Assembly (NCBI GenBank): GCA_965250285.1
Contig: OZ252299.1
Span: forward strand, 5,376,001 to 5,440,000
From: Myxococcota bacterium
GTDB taxonomy: Bacteria; Myxococcota_A; UBA9160; UBA4427
Reading direction: 5' to 3'
DNA length: 64,000 nt
The first letter of the stretch is position 1, and the number at the start of each line of letters is the position of its first letter. This document shows, in pieces, positions 20,794 to 29,336 of the stretch. The notes below the pieces were generated by a model, which saw only the letters and a program-made list of their open reading frames with translations, did no database searches and had not been told where the DNA came from. The translations under genes and the position numbers were made by a program.

Positions 20794-21498
20794 ATGACGG
20801 CGCATGGCTCGAGCACCGAGCAGCAGCATTCGAAGAAGAAGACCTGGCTCTGGTGGAGCAGCGGCAAGGACAGCGCCTGGTCGCTGCACGCACTCGCCGC
20901 CGACCCCGACTACGAGGTGACCGCGCTCGTCACGACGATCAACGTCGTGGCCGATCGCGTGGCGATGCACGCGGTGCGCACCGAGCTGCTGCGCGCTCAG
21001 GCCGAGCGGGTCGGGCTGCCGCTTCACATCGGTGAGCTGCCGCACCCGTGCCCGAATGGTGTGTACGAAGAGGTGGCGGCGCGGCTCGTCGCCGAGGCCG
21101 AGGCCGAGGGCGTGACGCACATGGCCTTTGGCGACCTGTTCCTCGAGGACGTGCGCGACTACCGGCTGCAGCTGCTCGCCGACACGCCGATCGAGCCCGT
21201 ATTTCCGCTCTGGGGGCTCGATACGGCCCGCATGGCCCGCGACGTCGTCGATGGCGGGGTGCGCGCGGTGCTGACCTGCGTCGATCCGAAGCAGCTCGAT
21301 CCGTCGTTCGTGGGGCGCGCCTACGACCACGCCCTGCTCGACGAATTGCCGCCGGGCGTCGATCCATGCGGTGAGAACGGCGAGTTCCACAGCTTCGTAC
21401 ACGATTCGCCCGAGATGTCGCGGCCGATCGAGGTCGAGGTGGGCGAGCGCATCCAGCGCGACGGCTTCTGGTTCGCCGACGTGCGGCCGACTGGCTGA
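20794..21498 (+). CDS. Adenine nucleotide alpha hydrolase, diphthine-ammonia-ligase (Dph6/MJ0570)-like ATP-binding protein
   Basis: PP-loop WSSGKDS, FGDLFLEDVRDYR, FPLWG, DPCGENGEFHSFV. Confidence 0.88.
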   Translation: MTAHGSSTEQQHSKKKTWLWWSSGKDSAWSLHALAADPDYEVTALVTTINVVADRVAMHAVRTELLRAQAERVGLPLHIGELPHPCPNGVYEEVAARLVAEAEAEGVTHMAFGDLFLEDVRDYRLQLLADTPIEPVFPLWGLDTARMARDVVDGGVRAVLTCVDPKQLDPSFVGRAYDHALLDELPPGVDPCGENGEFHSFVHDSPEMSRPIEVEVGERIQRDGFWFADVRPTG

Positions 21499-21579
21499 AG
21501 GCGCGCCGCGCCCCGAAACGAGAACGGGGCCCACACCGCTTCGGTGTGAGCCCCGTCGAATCGTCGCGATGGCGGGTGC

Positions 21580-21694
21580 CTGCTTCTTGGCGCCGGAGCG
21601 CTTGCGGAAGCGGTCGATCTAGCTTGGCCTCGGGGGCCAGACAACTCGCCCCGCTACTTCTTGCCGCCGTAGCGCTTGCGGAAGCGGTCGATCT
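21580..21694. repeat. 41-bp imperfect direct repeat of the rpmE2 3' end
   Basis: 21580-21620 vs 21654-21694, 3 mismatches. Confidence 0.85.
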
Positions 21695-21899
21695 TGCCGT
21701 CGCTGTCGAGCTCGCGCATCGTGCCCGTCCAGAACGGGTGGCTCTCGGCGCTGATCTCGAGGCGCACGACCGGCACTTCGACGCCGTCGACCTCGCGGGT
21801 CTCCTTCGACGTCATGGTCGAGCGCGACACCCACTCGTTGCCGGTGGCCGAGTCGAGGAAGATCACGTCGTGGTAGTCGGGATGGATCTCGTCCTTCAT
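21654..21899 (-). CDS. rpmE2: 50S ribosomal protein L31 type B
   Basis: MKDEIHPDYHDVIF, EISAESHPFWTG, GKIDRFRKRY; 81 aa, no Cys; not listed as its own ORF in the track. Confidence 0.95.
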   Translation of the reverse strand: MKDEIHPDYHDVIFLDSATGNEWVSRSTMTSKETREVDGVEVPVVRLEISAESHPFWTGTMRELDSDGKIDRFRKRYGGKK

Positions 21900-21919
21900 G
21901 GTCTCTCTCCCTCTCGCCG

Positions 21920-22225
21920 CTACCAGGACGACTTGCGCACGCCCGGCAGCTGGCCGCGCAGGGCGAGCTCGCGCAGGGCGATGCGGCTGATACCGAACTT
22001 GCGGTAGTACGCCTTCGAGCGACCGCTCACGGCGCAACGCGAGTTGAGGCGCGTCGGGCAGGCGTTGCGCGGCATCTTGGCGAAGGCCTGCTGGATCTGG
22101 AGCTTCTCGTCGATCGAGACCTCGGGGTCCTTCAGGCGCTTGCGCAGCTCGGCCCGCTTCTCGGCGTGCTTCGCAACGAGCGCGCGACGTCGGTTGTCGC
22201 GGTTGATCTGACTCTTCTTGGCCAT
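21920..22225 (-). CDS. rpsN: 30S ribosomal protein S14 (long 101-aa form, no Zn ribbon)
   Basis: MAKKS..., [29 protein letters not shown]. Confidence 0.96.
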   Translation of the reverse strand: MAKKSQINRDNRRRALVAKHAEKRAELRKRLKDPEVSIDEKLQIQQAFAKMPRNACPTRLNSRCAVSGRSKAYYRKFGISRIALRELALRGQLPGVRKSSW

Positions 22226-22623
22226 GCGTGACTCCGCCGGTCGACGCCCCCGCGAAGGTGAGGGGGTCGAGCGACCGGTGTGAAAGGCTCTGGGACTCCG
22301 GTCGAACCCATCGGCGAGTTGCACCGGGGACCGGAGAGCGCCGGAGGGTAGGCGCCCGGAGGGCCGGACGCAACTGAGAACGCCGTCTGGGTCGGGCGCG
22401 CCGCCCACGGCGAAAACGCTGGCGGGGCAAGTGGTTGGCCGTGGTCCGGCCCCGCGTCTCGGCGGCTTCGGCCGCGCCCGAATCGCGGCGCATCGCCCCC
22501 ATCGGGAGGGGGGTGGTCTAATCTACCGGCCCCGCGGTCCCCGGAAGGACGCCCCCTGGCGCCCGGAGAGCCCGGTGAGGACCCGATCCGCGACCGAGCC
22601 AGCCGCTCGCCTCGCGGCGAGAC

Positions 22624-22665
22624 CGCGCGAAACGACGACGGAACAACGCGCGAAACGACGACGGA
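22624..22665. repeat. 19-bp direct repeat in valS leader
   Basis: CGCGCGAAACGACGACGGA at 22624 and 22647. Confidence 0.8.
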
Positions 22666-22686
22666 CGAGAGACGAGAGAAGGTGTC

Positions 22687-25386
22687 ATGAGCGAAGCAGA
22701 AGCGGGGGCCGACGGCCGCGTGCGGTCGATCGATCCCGCCACCCTCCCGAAGCACTTCGACTCGGCCGAGGCCGAGGCGCGCTGGGACGAGGCCTGGCAG
22801 AAGTCGGGCATCTATCAATGGGATGCGTCGCGCCCGCGCGAAGAGACCTACGTCGTCGACACGCCGCCGCCCACGGCGTCGGGCTCGCTCCACATCGGGC
22901 ACGTCTTCTCGTACACCCAGGCCGACGTGATGGTGCGTTACAAGCGCATGCGCGGTCAGAACATCTTCTACCCGATGGGCTGGGACGACAACGGTCTGCC
23001 CACCGAGCGCCGGGTGCAGAACTACTTCCACATTCGCTGCGACCCGAACGCGCCCTACGAAGAGGGCATGACGTTCGAAGAGGCGAGCGCGAAGGTGCGC
23101 AAGAAGCCGGCGCGACACGTCTCGCGGCCGAACTTCATCGAGGCCTGCTACGGGCTGATCGACGAAGACGAAGCAGTGTTCAAACAGCTCTGGCGGCGGC
23201 TCGGCCTCTCGGTCGATTGGCGGCAGGAATACCAGACGATCGACGACCACTGCCGCAAGGTGGCGCAGCTCTCGTTCCGCGATCTGTTCGACAAGGGCGA
23301 GGTCTACACGAGCGAAGCGCCCACGATGTGGGACGCCGACTTCCAGACCGCGGTGGCGCAGGCCGAGGTCGAAGACAAGACGATCCCCGGCGCCTACCAC
23401 CACATCGAGTTCGCGGTGCAGGGCAGCGATCAGTCGTTCACGATCGCGACGACGCGGCCCGAGCTGCTCGCGGCGTGCGTGGGCGTGACCGCGCATCCCG
23501 ACGACGAACGCTACAAGCCGCTCTTCGGCCAGCACGCGGTGACGCCGCTCTTCCACGCCCCGGTGCCGATCTTCGCGAGCGAGATGGCCGACCCCGAGAA
23601 GGGCACCGGCGTGCTTATGGTGTGTACGTTCGGCGACGCGACCGACGTGCAGTGGTGGCGCGAAGAGGGGCTCGCGCTGCGTCAGATCATCGGGCGCAAC
23701 GGCCGGCTGATCGACGTCGAGTACACCGCCGACGGCGACTTCCCGAGCCTCAAGCCCGAGGCCGCGAATGCGAGCTACGCCGAGATCGCGGGCAAGAACG
23801 TGAAGCAGGCCCAGGCGCGCATCGTCGAGCTGCTGCGCGAGCCCGACGGCAGCGCCACCGGCAACGGTGCGCCGCTGCAGGGCGAGCCCGAGACGATGGA
23901 GCACCCGGTCAAGTTCTTCGAGAAGGGTGACCGACCCCTCGAGTACGTGCCGACGCGGCAGTGGTTCGCGAAGCTGCTCGACAAGAAGGCGGCCCTCATC
24001 GAGAAGGGCGAAGAGGTGCAGTGGCATCCCCCCTTCATGTCGGCGCGCTACCGCGACTGGACCGAGAATCTCAGCCTCGACTGGTGTCTCTCGCGGCAGC
24101 GCTTCTTCGGTGTGCCGATCCCGGTCTGGTACCCGCTCGATCACAACGGCGAGCCCGACTACGACGGGGTGATCTGCGCCGAGCGCGAGCAGATGCCCTG
24201 TGACCCGACGGTCGACGTGCCGAAGGGCTACGACGAGGGCCAGCGCGGGCAGCCGGGCGGCTTCGCGGCCGATCCCGACATCTTCGATACGTGGTTCACG
24301 AGCTCGATGACACCACAGATCAGCTCGCACTGGGGCACCGACGAGGCGCGACACGCGCAGCTCTTTCCGGCCGACGTGCGACCGCAGGGCCACGACATCA
24401 TTCGGACGTGGGCGTTCTACACGATCGCGAAGGCGCTGCTGCACGAAGACTCGGTGCCGTGGCACGGCGCGATGATCTCGGGCTGGATCCTCGACCCCGA
24501 CCGCAAGAAGATGTCGAAGAGCAAGGGCAACGTGATGACGCCGATGCCGCTGCTCGAGAAGTACACGGCCGACGCCGGCCGCTACTGGGCGGCGAGCGCA
24601 CGGCTCGGCAGCGACACCGCGTTCGACGAGAGCGTGTGGAAGATCGGCAAGCGGCTCGTCACCAAGCTTTTCAATGCCGGCAAGTTCGTGCTCGCACAGC
24701 CGGGCGAGGCCCACCCGATCACGAGCGAGCTCGATCGCGCGTTCGTGGCGCGACTCGAAGAGCTCGCAGCCGACTGCACGAAGAACTTCGACGCCTACAA
24801 CTACGCCCACGCGTTGATGGAGGCCGAGCAGTTCTTCTGGGCGAAGTTCACCGACACGTACCTCGAGCTCGCCAAGCCCCGCGCTCGCTGGTTCGAAGAC
24901 GGCGCAACGGGCGACGCGGCCGTCGAGAGCGGCTCGGCCGTGGCGGCGCTGCGCCTCGGTCTTTCGGTGCTGCTGCGGCTGCTCGCCCCGGTGCTGCCGT
25001 ACATCACCGAAGAGGTCTGGTCGTGGTCGTTCGCGGTCGAGACCGGCCACGCGAGCGTGCACGTCGCGCCCTGGCCCGGCGAGGCCGACTTCGCCGACGT
25101 GGCCGCCCCCGACTCGGCGGACAGCTTCGAGATCGCGGTCGCCGCGCTGCAGGCCATCAACAAGGCCAAGGCCGACGGCGAGGTGTCGATGGGGCGTGAG
25201 GTCGAGTCGCTGGTGATCGCGGGCCCCGCGGCGGCGATCGAGACGCTCGGCGGCGTGCTGGGCGACGTACTCGCGGCCGGCCGCGTGCAGGCCCACACCC
25301 TGGCGGTCGACGACACGGTCGAGGCGGGCACGTTCGACGTGCGCGACGCGGTCTTCGCACCGAAGCCCGAGAAGAAGAAGGACTGA
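22687..25386 (+). CDS. valS: Valine--tRNA ligase (archaeal/actinobacterial-type)
   Basis: PPTASGSLHIGH, GWDDNGLPTER, DWCLSRQR, KMSKSKGN. Confidence 0.95.
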   Translation: MSEAEAGADGRVRSIDPATLPKHFDSAEAEARWDEAWQKSGIYQWDASRPREETYVVDTPPPTASGSLHIGHVFSYTQADVMVRYKRMRGQNIFYPMGWDDNGLPTERRVQNYFHIRCDPNAPYEEGMTFEEASAKVRKKPARHVSRPNFIEACYGLIDEDEAVFKQLWRRLGLSVDWRQEYQTIDDHCRKVAQLSFRDLFDKGEVYTSEAPTMWDADFQTAVAQAEVEDKTIPGAYHHIEFAVQGSDQSFTIATTRPELLAACVGVTAHPDDERYKPLFGQHAVTPLFHAPVPIFASEMADPEKGTGVLMVCTFGDATDVQWWREEGLALRQIIGRNGRLIDVEYTADGDFPSLKPEAANASYAEIAGKNVKQAQARIVELLREPDGSATGNGAPLQGEPETMEHPVKFFEKGDRPLEYVPTRQWFAKLLDKKAALIEKGEEVQWHPPFMSARYRDWTENLSLDWCLSRQRFFGVPIPVWYPLDHNGEPDYDGVICAEREQMPCDPTVDVPKGYDEGQRGQPGGFAADPDIFDTWFTSSMTPQISSHWGTDEARHAQLFPADVRPQGHDIIRTWAFYTIAKALLHEDSVPWHGAMISGWILDPDRKKMSKSKGNVMTPMPLLEKYTADAGRYWAASARLGSDTAFDESVWKIGKRLVTKLFNAGKFVLAQPGEAHPITSELDRAFVARLEELAADCTKNFDAYNYAHALMEAEQFFWAKFTDTYLELAKPRARWFEDGATGDAAVESGSAVAALRLGLSVLLRLLAPVLPYITEEVWSWSFAVETGHASVHVAPWPGEADFADVAAPDSADSFEIAVAALQAINKAKADGEVSMGREVESLVIAGPAAAIETLGGVLGDVLAAGRVQAHTLAVDDTVEAGTFDVRDAVFAPKPEKKKD

Positions 25387-25410
25387 CGGGCCCGGGGCCG
25401 GCCCCCGACT

Positions 25411-26127
25411 TCAGCCGCTTCGGTGCCGTCGCGCGCCGATGCCAGCGAGCGCGAGGCCGAGCCCCAGCAGGACCGCCGTCGTCGGCTCGGGAACCAGCGC
25501 GAACGACATCGTCGCTCCGTTCGAGGTGCCTCCGTAATCGGCACCCGCGACCTCTGCATAGAGGTGGTACGTGGTTCCGGGCTCGAGCATGAAGGCGCCG
25601 CGAAACGGACCCTGGCCGAAGGGGCCTTCGAAGACCACGTCGTCGCCGGCGAGGAGCCGGATCACTTCGAACTCGACGTAGCCGCTCATGTCGCCCTCGA
25701 GCGCGTACATCTTCTGCTGGCCGACGGTGAAGAACGCTTCGAATCGCGTGCTCGCATTGTTGTCGCCCGAGCCGCCCAGCCCGATGCCGATCGTGCCACC
25801 CAGCCGATCGGCCGAGGCGTACGTGTGTTGCCAGGCATCGCTGCCGAGGCTCTGCACGCTCGAGCTCCATTCGCCGAGCGTGCGTGTGTCGTCGTTGTCC
25901 GAGTTCGAGTAGTTCTCGTCTTCGCCGTCGATGCCGCAGCCGGGGCAATAGCTGGCGCCAAAGGCGTAGATGCCTCGGCTGGCCGAGACGGGGGTGATCT
26001 CGTAGCCGGCCGGCAACGCGATCGCCTCACTCGCCGGTCCGAGTGCCGCAATGACCACCCAGAAGACGAAGGCGATGTGTCGCATTCGACCTGTGCCCGA
26101 GTCGTAGGCGTTCGAATCGATCTGCAT
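25411..26127 (-). CDS. PEP-CTERM sorting-domain protein
   Basis: Signal peptide; C-terminal VPEPTTAVLLGLGLALAGIGARR; alternative start 26085. Confidence 0.85.
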   Translation of the reverse strand: MQIDSNAYDSGTGRMRHIAFVFWVVIAALGPASEAIALPAGYEITPVSASRGIYAFGASYCPGCGIDGEDENYSNSDNDDTRTLGEWSSSVQSLGSDAWQHTYASADRLGGTIGIGLGGSGDNNASTRFEAFFTVGQQKMYALEGDMSGYVEFEVIRLLAGDDVVFEGPFGQGPFRGAFMLEPGTTYHLYAEVAGADYGGTSNGATMSFALVPEPTTAVLLGLGLALAGIGARRHRSG

Positions 26128-26217
26128 GGTGCCCCTCCTCTAGCGGGCCGAGTCGGCCGTTCGCATGAGGGTGGCGCTTCGGCTGGCGAAGTGGCGGTCT
26201 GATTCGTGTCGGGCGGC

Positions 26218-27162
26218 TCACGGGCGCCGCGCGGTGCGAATCAGCCCCTCCTGCGCGACCGACGCGACCTGCACGCCGTCGCGCGTGAAGAGCGCGCCCA
26301 TGATGAGACCGCGTGCCGACTGGCTGACGTCGCTCGACGAGACGTAGAGCAGCCAGTCGTCGAAGCGCGGCGGGCGGTGGAACCACATCGCATGGTCGAG
26401 GCTGGCGCCCATGTAGCCGTCGCTGCCGGGCAGGATGCCGTTCGCGCGCAGCGCGGTGCCGAGCAACGTGTGATCGCTGGCATACGCCATCGCGCCCGCA
26501 TGGATCACCGGGTCGTCGGTCGGCAGGCGGCTGCGCAGCTTCATCCAGATCTTGCGCTGGCGATTGGGCTTCGCGTCGGGGGTGTAGTCCTCGGGCTGCG
26601 CGACGCGCGAGTCGACCGGGCTGTGGTCGTAGTCGGGCAGCTCTTCTTCGCGAATCTTTGCGCGCAGCTCGCGCCAGGTGGGCAGGCCTTCGGGGTCGGG
26701 CGCCTCGGGCATCGGGAACTGATGCGAGAGCCCCTCTTCGGGCTTCGCGAAGCTCGCCGCCATGTTGAAGATCGCCTCGCCGCCCTGGTGCGCGACGACC
26801 CGGCGCGTCGTGAACGTCCGGCCATCGCGGATGCGATCGACGACGAAGCGGATCGGTGAGTCGTAGCGACCGGGCCGCAGAAAGTAGGCGTGCAGGCTGT
26901 GCACGTGGCTCTCGGTCGAATCGGGGACGGTGCGGTAGCCGGCGACCAGCGACTGGGCGGCGACCATGCCACCGAAGAGTCGGCCCTCGCCGGGCCCGGG
27001 CTCGCCGAGAAAGAGGTCGCGGTCGAGGGGCTCGAGCGTCAGGCGGTCGACCAGCTTCTGGACGCGCCGGTCGACGCCTTCTTCGGCCGGCGCAGGGCTC
27101 TGCGGGTTCGGGTCGGACAAGCCGGGGGCTCCTCGGGCAGGTGCGGTCGGGTCGGGCGGCAC
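26218..27162 (-). CDS. tesB: Acyl-CoA thioesterase II
   Basis: LFGGMVAAQ, HSLHAYFLRPG, RDGRTFTTRRV, YASD, ASLDHAMWFH, VAQEG; start uncertain. Confidence 0.9.
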   Translation of the reverse strand: MPPDPTAPARGAPGLSDPNPQSPAPAEEGVDRRVQKLVDRLTLEPLDRDLFLGEPGPGEGRLFGGMVAAQSLVAGYRTVPDSTESHVHSLHAYFLRPGRYDSPIRFVVDRIRDGRTFTTRRVVAHQGGEAIFNMAASFAKPEEGLSHQFPMPEAPDPEGLPTWRELRAKIREEELPDYDHSPVDSRVAQPEDYTPDAKPNRQRKIWMKLRSRLPTDDPVIHAGAMAYASDHTLLGTALRANGILPGSDGYMGASLDHAMWFHRPPRFDDWLLYVSSSDVSQSARGLIMGALFTRDGVQVASVAQEGLIRTARRP

Positions 27163-27224
27163 GGTAGCAGCGACGGCCGCGATGGTTTGGCGGCGAACTC
27201 GCTCGCGGGCGCGGGCTTCCTCGA

Positions 27225-27265
27225 GTCATCGACAATAAATTGTCGATGACAAAATATGGTCATCG
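27225..27265. promoter_or_regulatory. Palindromic operator between tesB and TetR regulator
   Basis: GTCATCGACAAT-AA-ATTGTCGATGAC perfect 12-bp arms (27225-27250), overlapping CGATGAC-N8-GTCATCG (27244-27265). Confidence 0.75.
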
Positions 27266-27304
27266 GGTTGATTATGAGCTGACATCGCTGCAAGGTGTGC
27301 AGGG

Positions 27305-27964
27305 ATGGGTCTGCGCAGCGAGAAACAGCGCGCTCAGCGCGTCGAGATCCTTGAGAACGCGTTCGCATACATGCGTGAACACGACGGCGCCCTGCCGACC
27401 ATGGTCGAGCTCGCCCGCACCTGCCGCGTGAGCGACGCGACCATCTTCAACTACGTCGGCCAGCGCGACGCCCTGCGCTCGGAATGGGCGCACCGTCGCC
27501 TCGGCGCCGCGTGCCTCGCCGCCGCCGAGTCGGGCGGCAGCCTACGGCGCATGCTCCGCCACGCGCTGCGCGACCTGCGCGCCGAGCTCGAGTCGGCGCC
27601 CGCGCTCTGGCTCGAGATCTGGTCGGGGGCGACCCCGGTCGATCCCGGCGTCGGTCGTCCAGGGGGGAAGCCGCCCGGCGAAGAAGACGCTGGGCTCGCC
27701 GCGCTGATTCGGGTCGCGCGCGAGCGCGACGAGCTGCGCGCCGATCTGCCGCTCGAAGTGCAGACGCGCGCGCTGGTCTCGGCCTGGCTAGGGGCGCTCG
27801 CGCACGAGGCGAGGCGCGCCGCGCCCGAGCCGCCCGGCGACGACGCCTGGCGCCGCATTGCGCAGGCGACCGAGCTCGTGCTCGATGGCCTGCGTAAGCG
27901 CAACGAGCGCGTGCGCATGGGGGCCGGGGCCGGTCGCGCCGCTACGGCGTCTCCTGGTACGTGA
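27305..27964 (+). CDS. TetR/AcrR family transcriptional regulator
   Basis: LRSEKQR..ILENA, HTH TMVELARTCRVSDATIFNY. Confidence 0.85.
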   Translation: MGLRSEKQRAQRVEILENAFAYMREHDGALPTMVELARTCRVSDATIFNYVGQRDALRSEWAHRRLGAACLAAAESGGSLRRMLRHALRDLRAELESAPALWLEIWSGATPVDPGVGRPGGKPPGEEDAGLAALIRVARERDELRADLPLEVQTRALVSAWLGALAHEARRAAPEPPGDDAWRRIAQATELVLDGLRKRNERVRMGAGAGRAATASPGT

Positions 27965-28550
27965 AGCTCTCGGTGGCGAGCACTTCGTCTTCGTCGTTCA
28001 GGACCGAGACCGACCACGAACCGAGCCAGGCGGGCAGCAGCTGCTTGCTCGACCAGAAGCGCCAGCGGTCGCCTTTCACGACGAACTCGACGCTGCCCAT
28101 CTCGTTGTCCTCGTACGTCCACACGTGGCGAATCGTCTGCCCCTTCATGTTGCGCAGATCGGTGAAGAAGTAGACGACGCGCTTGTCGCTCCCGAGAAAG
28201 CTCACGTCGTCGACGGGCTCGCGATCCGAGATCTCGGTGGTGAACGTGGCGAGCACGACGCGAGGCAGGCCATCGTCTTCCTGGGCCTCGCCGGCTTCGC
28301 CTTCGACCACGCCCGCGCCGAGCTCGTCGCTCGCCGGGGCCGGATCCTGCGCCCGGCCCGGCCCCGGAGCGCCGAGGGCCAGCGGCAGCGCGAGGCACGC
28401 CGCGATGAGCCACGCGACCGGCGCGTGTCGCCTCGGGCCGGCGCGAAGCGGTCCCGCGTGTTCCCCATTCCGTCGCCGACGTCGCGTCGGTTGATCTTCG
28501 GCGGCCTGCTCACCGCCCGAACCGTCTGCCTGCTGCCGCTGCCTACCCAT
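27942..28550 (-). CDS. DUF2914 domain exported protein
   Basis: FTTEISDREPVD, VYFFTDL, IRHVW, RWRFWSSK, GSWSVSV; start uncertain. Confidence 0.75.
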   Translation of the reverse strand: MGRQRQQADGSGGEQAAEDQPTRRRRRNGEHAGPLRAGPRRHAPVAWLIAACLALPLALGAPGPGRAQDPAPASDELGAGVVEGEAGEAQEDDGLPRVVLATFTTEISDREPVDDVSFLGSDKRVVYFFTDLRNMKGQTIRHVWTYEDNEMGSVEFVVKGDRWRFWSSKQLLPAWLGSWSVSVLNDEDEVLATESFTYQETP

Positions 28551-28686
28551 CTGCTGGCTCGGTGCTCCTGATGCCGGTGCCCGCGAATGCGGATGCTGTT
28601 CACGGTGTACCGCCAACCCGCGCGGGCGACAACGGGCATCGCCCGTTCTCGCGTCACGCTGCGTCATCGATCGCTACCTTGGATGC

Positions 28687-29277
28687 ATGGAACTCGTGCT
28701 CGTTCGACATGGTTTGCCGGTTCGCATCGAGCGCAGCGACGGCGAGCCCGCTGATCCGCCGCTCAGCGACGAGGGGCACGGTCAAGCGGCTGCGGTGGGC
28801 GGCTGGCTCGCCCGCGAGTCGTTCGACGCGGTCTACGTCTCGCCGATGCAACGCGCCCTGCAGACCGCGGCACCCTACCTCGAGCGCTCGGGCATCGAGC
28901 CGCGCGTCGAGGCGCGGGTCGCCGAGTTCGACCGCGACGCCGAGCAGTACGTGCCGATGGAGGAGCTGAAGCGCACCGACTACGACACGTGGCTCCAGCT
29001 GGTGCAGGGGGGCTACGAGGCGACGCCGAACTTCGCCGAGTTTCACCGTGAGGTCGTCGAGGCGCTCGACGAGATCGCGGGCCGCCACGCCGGCGAGCGC
29101 GTGCTCGTGGTGTGCCACGGCGGCGTGATCAACGTGTGGGCGGGCAGCGTGATCGGCATCGGCCCCCGGCTCTTCTTCGAGCCGGGTTACACCTCGATCA
29201 ACCGCTTCATCGTGGCGCGGTCGGGTCAGCGCAGCGTCGCCAGCCTGAATGAGATGGGCCACCTGATTCGCGGCTGA
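28687..29277 (+). CDS. Histidine phosphatase (phosphoglycerate mutase) family
   Basis: LVRHG, SPMQRALQTA, VVCHGGVI. Confidence 0.9.
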   Translation: MELVLVRHGLPVRIERSDGEPADPPLSDEGHGQAAAVGGWLARESFDAVYVSPMQRALQTAAPYLERSGIEPRVEARVAEFDRDAEQYVPMEELKRTDYDTWLQLVQGGYEATPNFAEFHREVVEALDEIAGRHAGERVLVVCHGGVINVWAGSVIGIGPRLFFEPGYTSINRFIVARSGQRSVASLNEMGHLIRG

Positions 29278-29336
29278 GACGCCCGGTTCGGGGCTGGGGC
29301 GCTCACTTCGGGGTCGAGGCGCCTGCGACCGCGCGA

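Noticed and set aside
22500..22686. T-box riboswitch before valS
   Set aside because: GGGTGGT is not followed by ACC; no specifier stem or terminator seen
20034..22686. Zur boxes upstream of the C-minus ribosomal protein genes
   Set aside because: No AT-rich palindrome visible; only a weak sigma70-like TTGACC-N17-TAACTA near 20190
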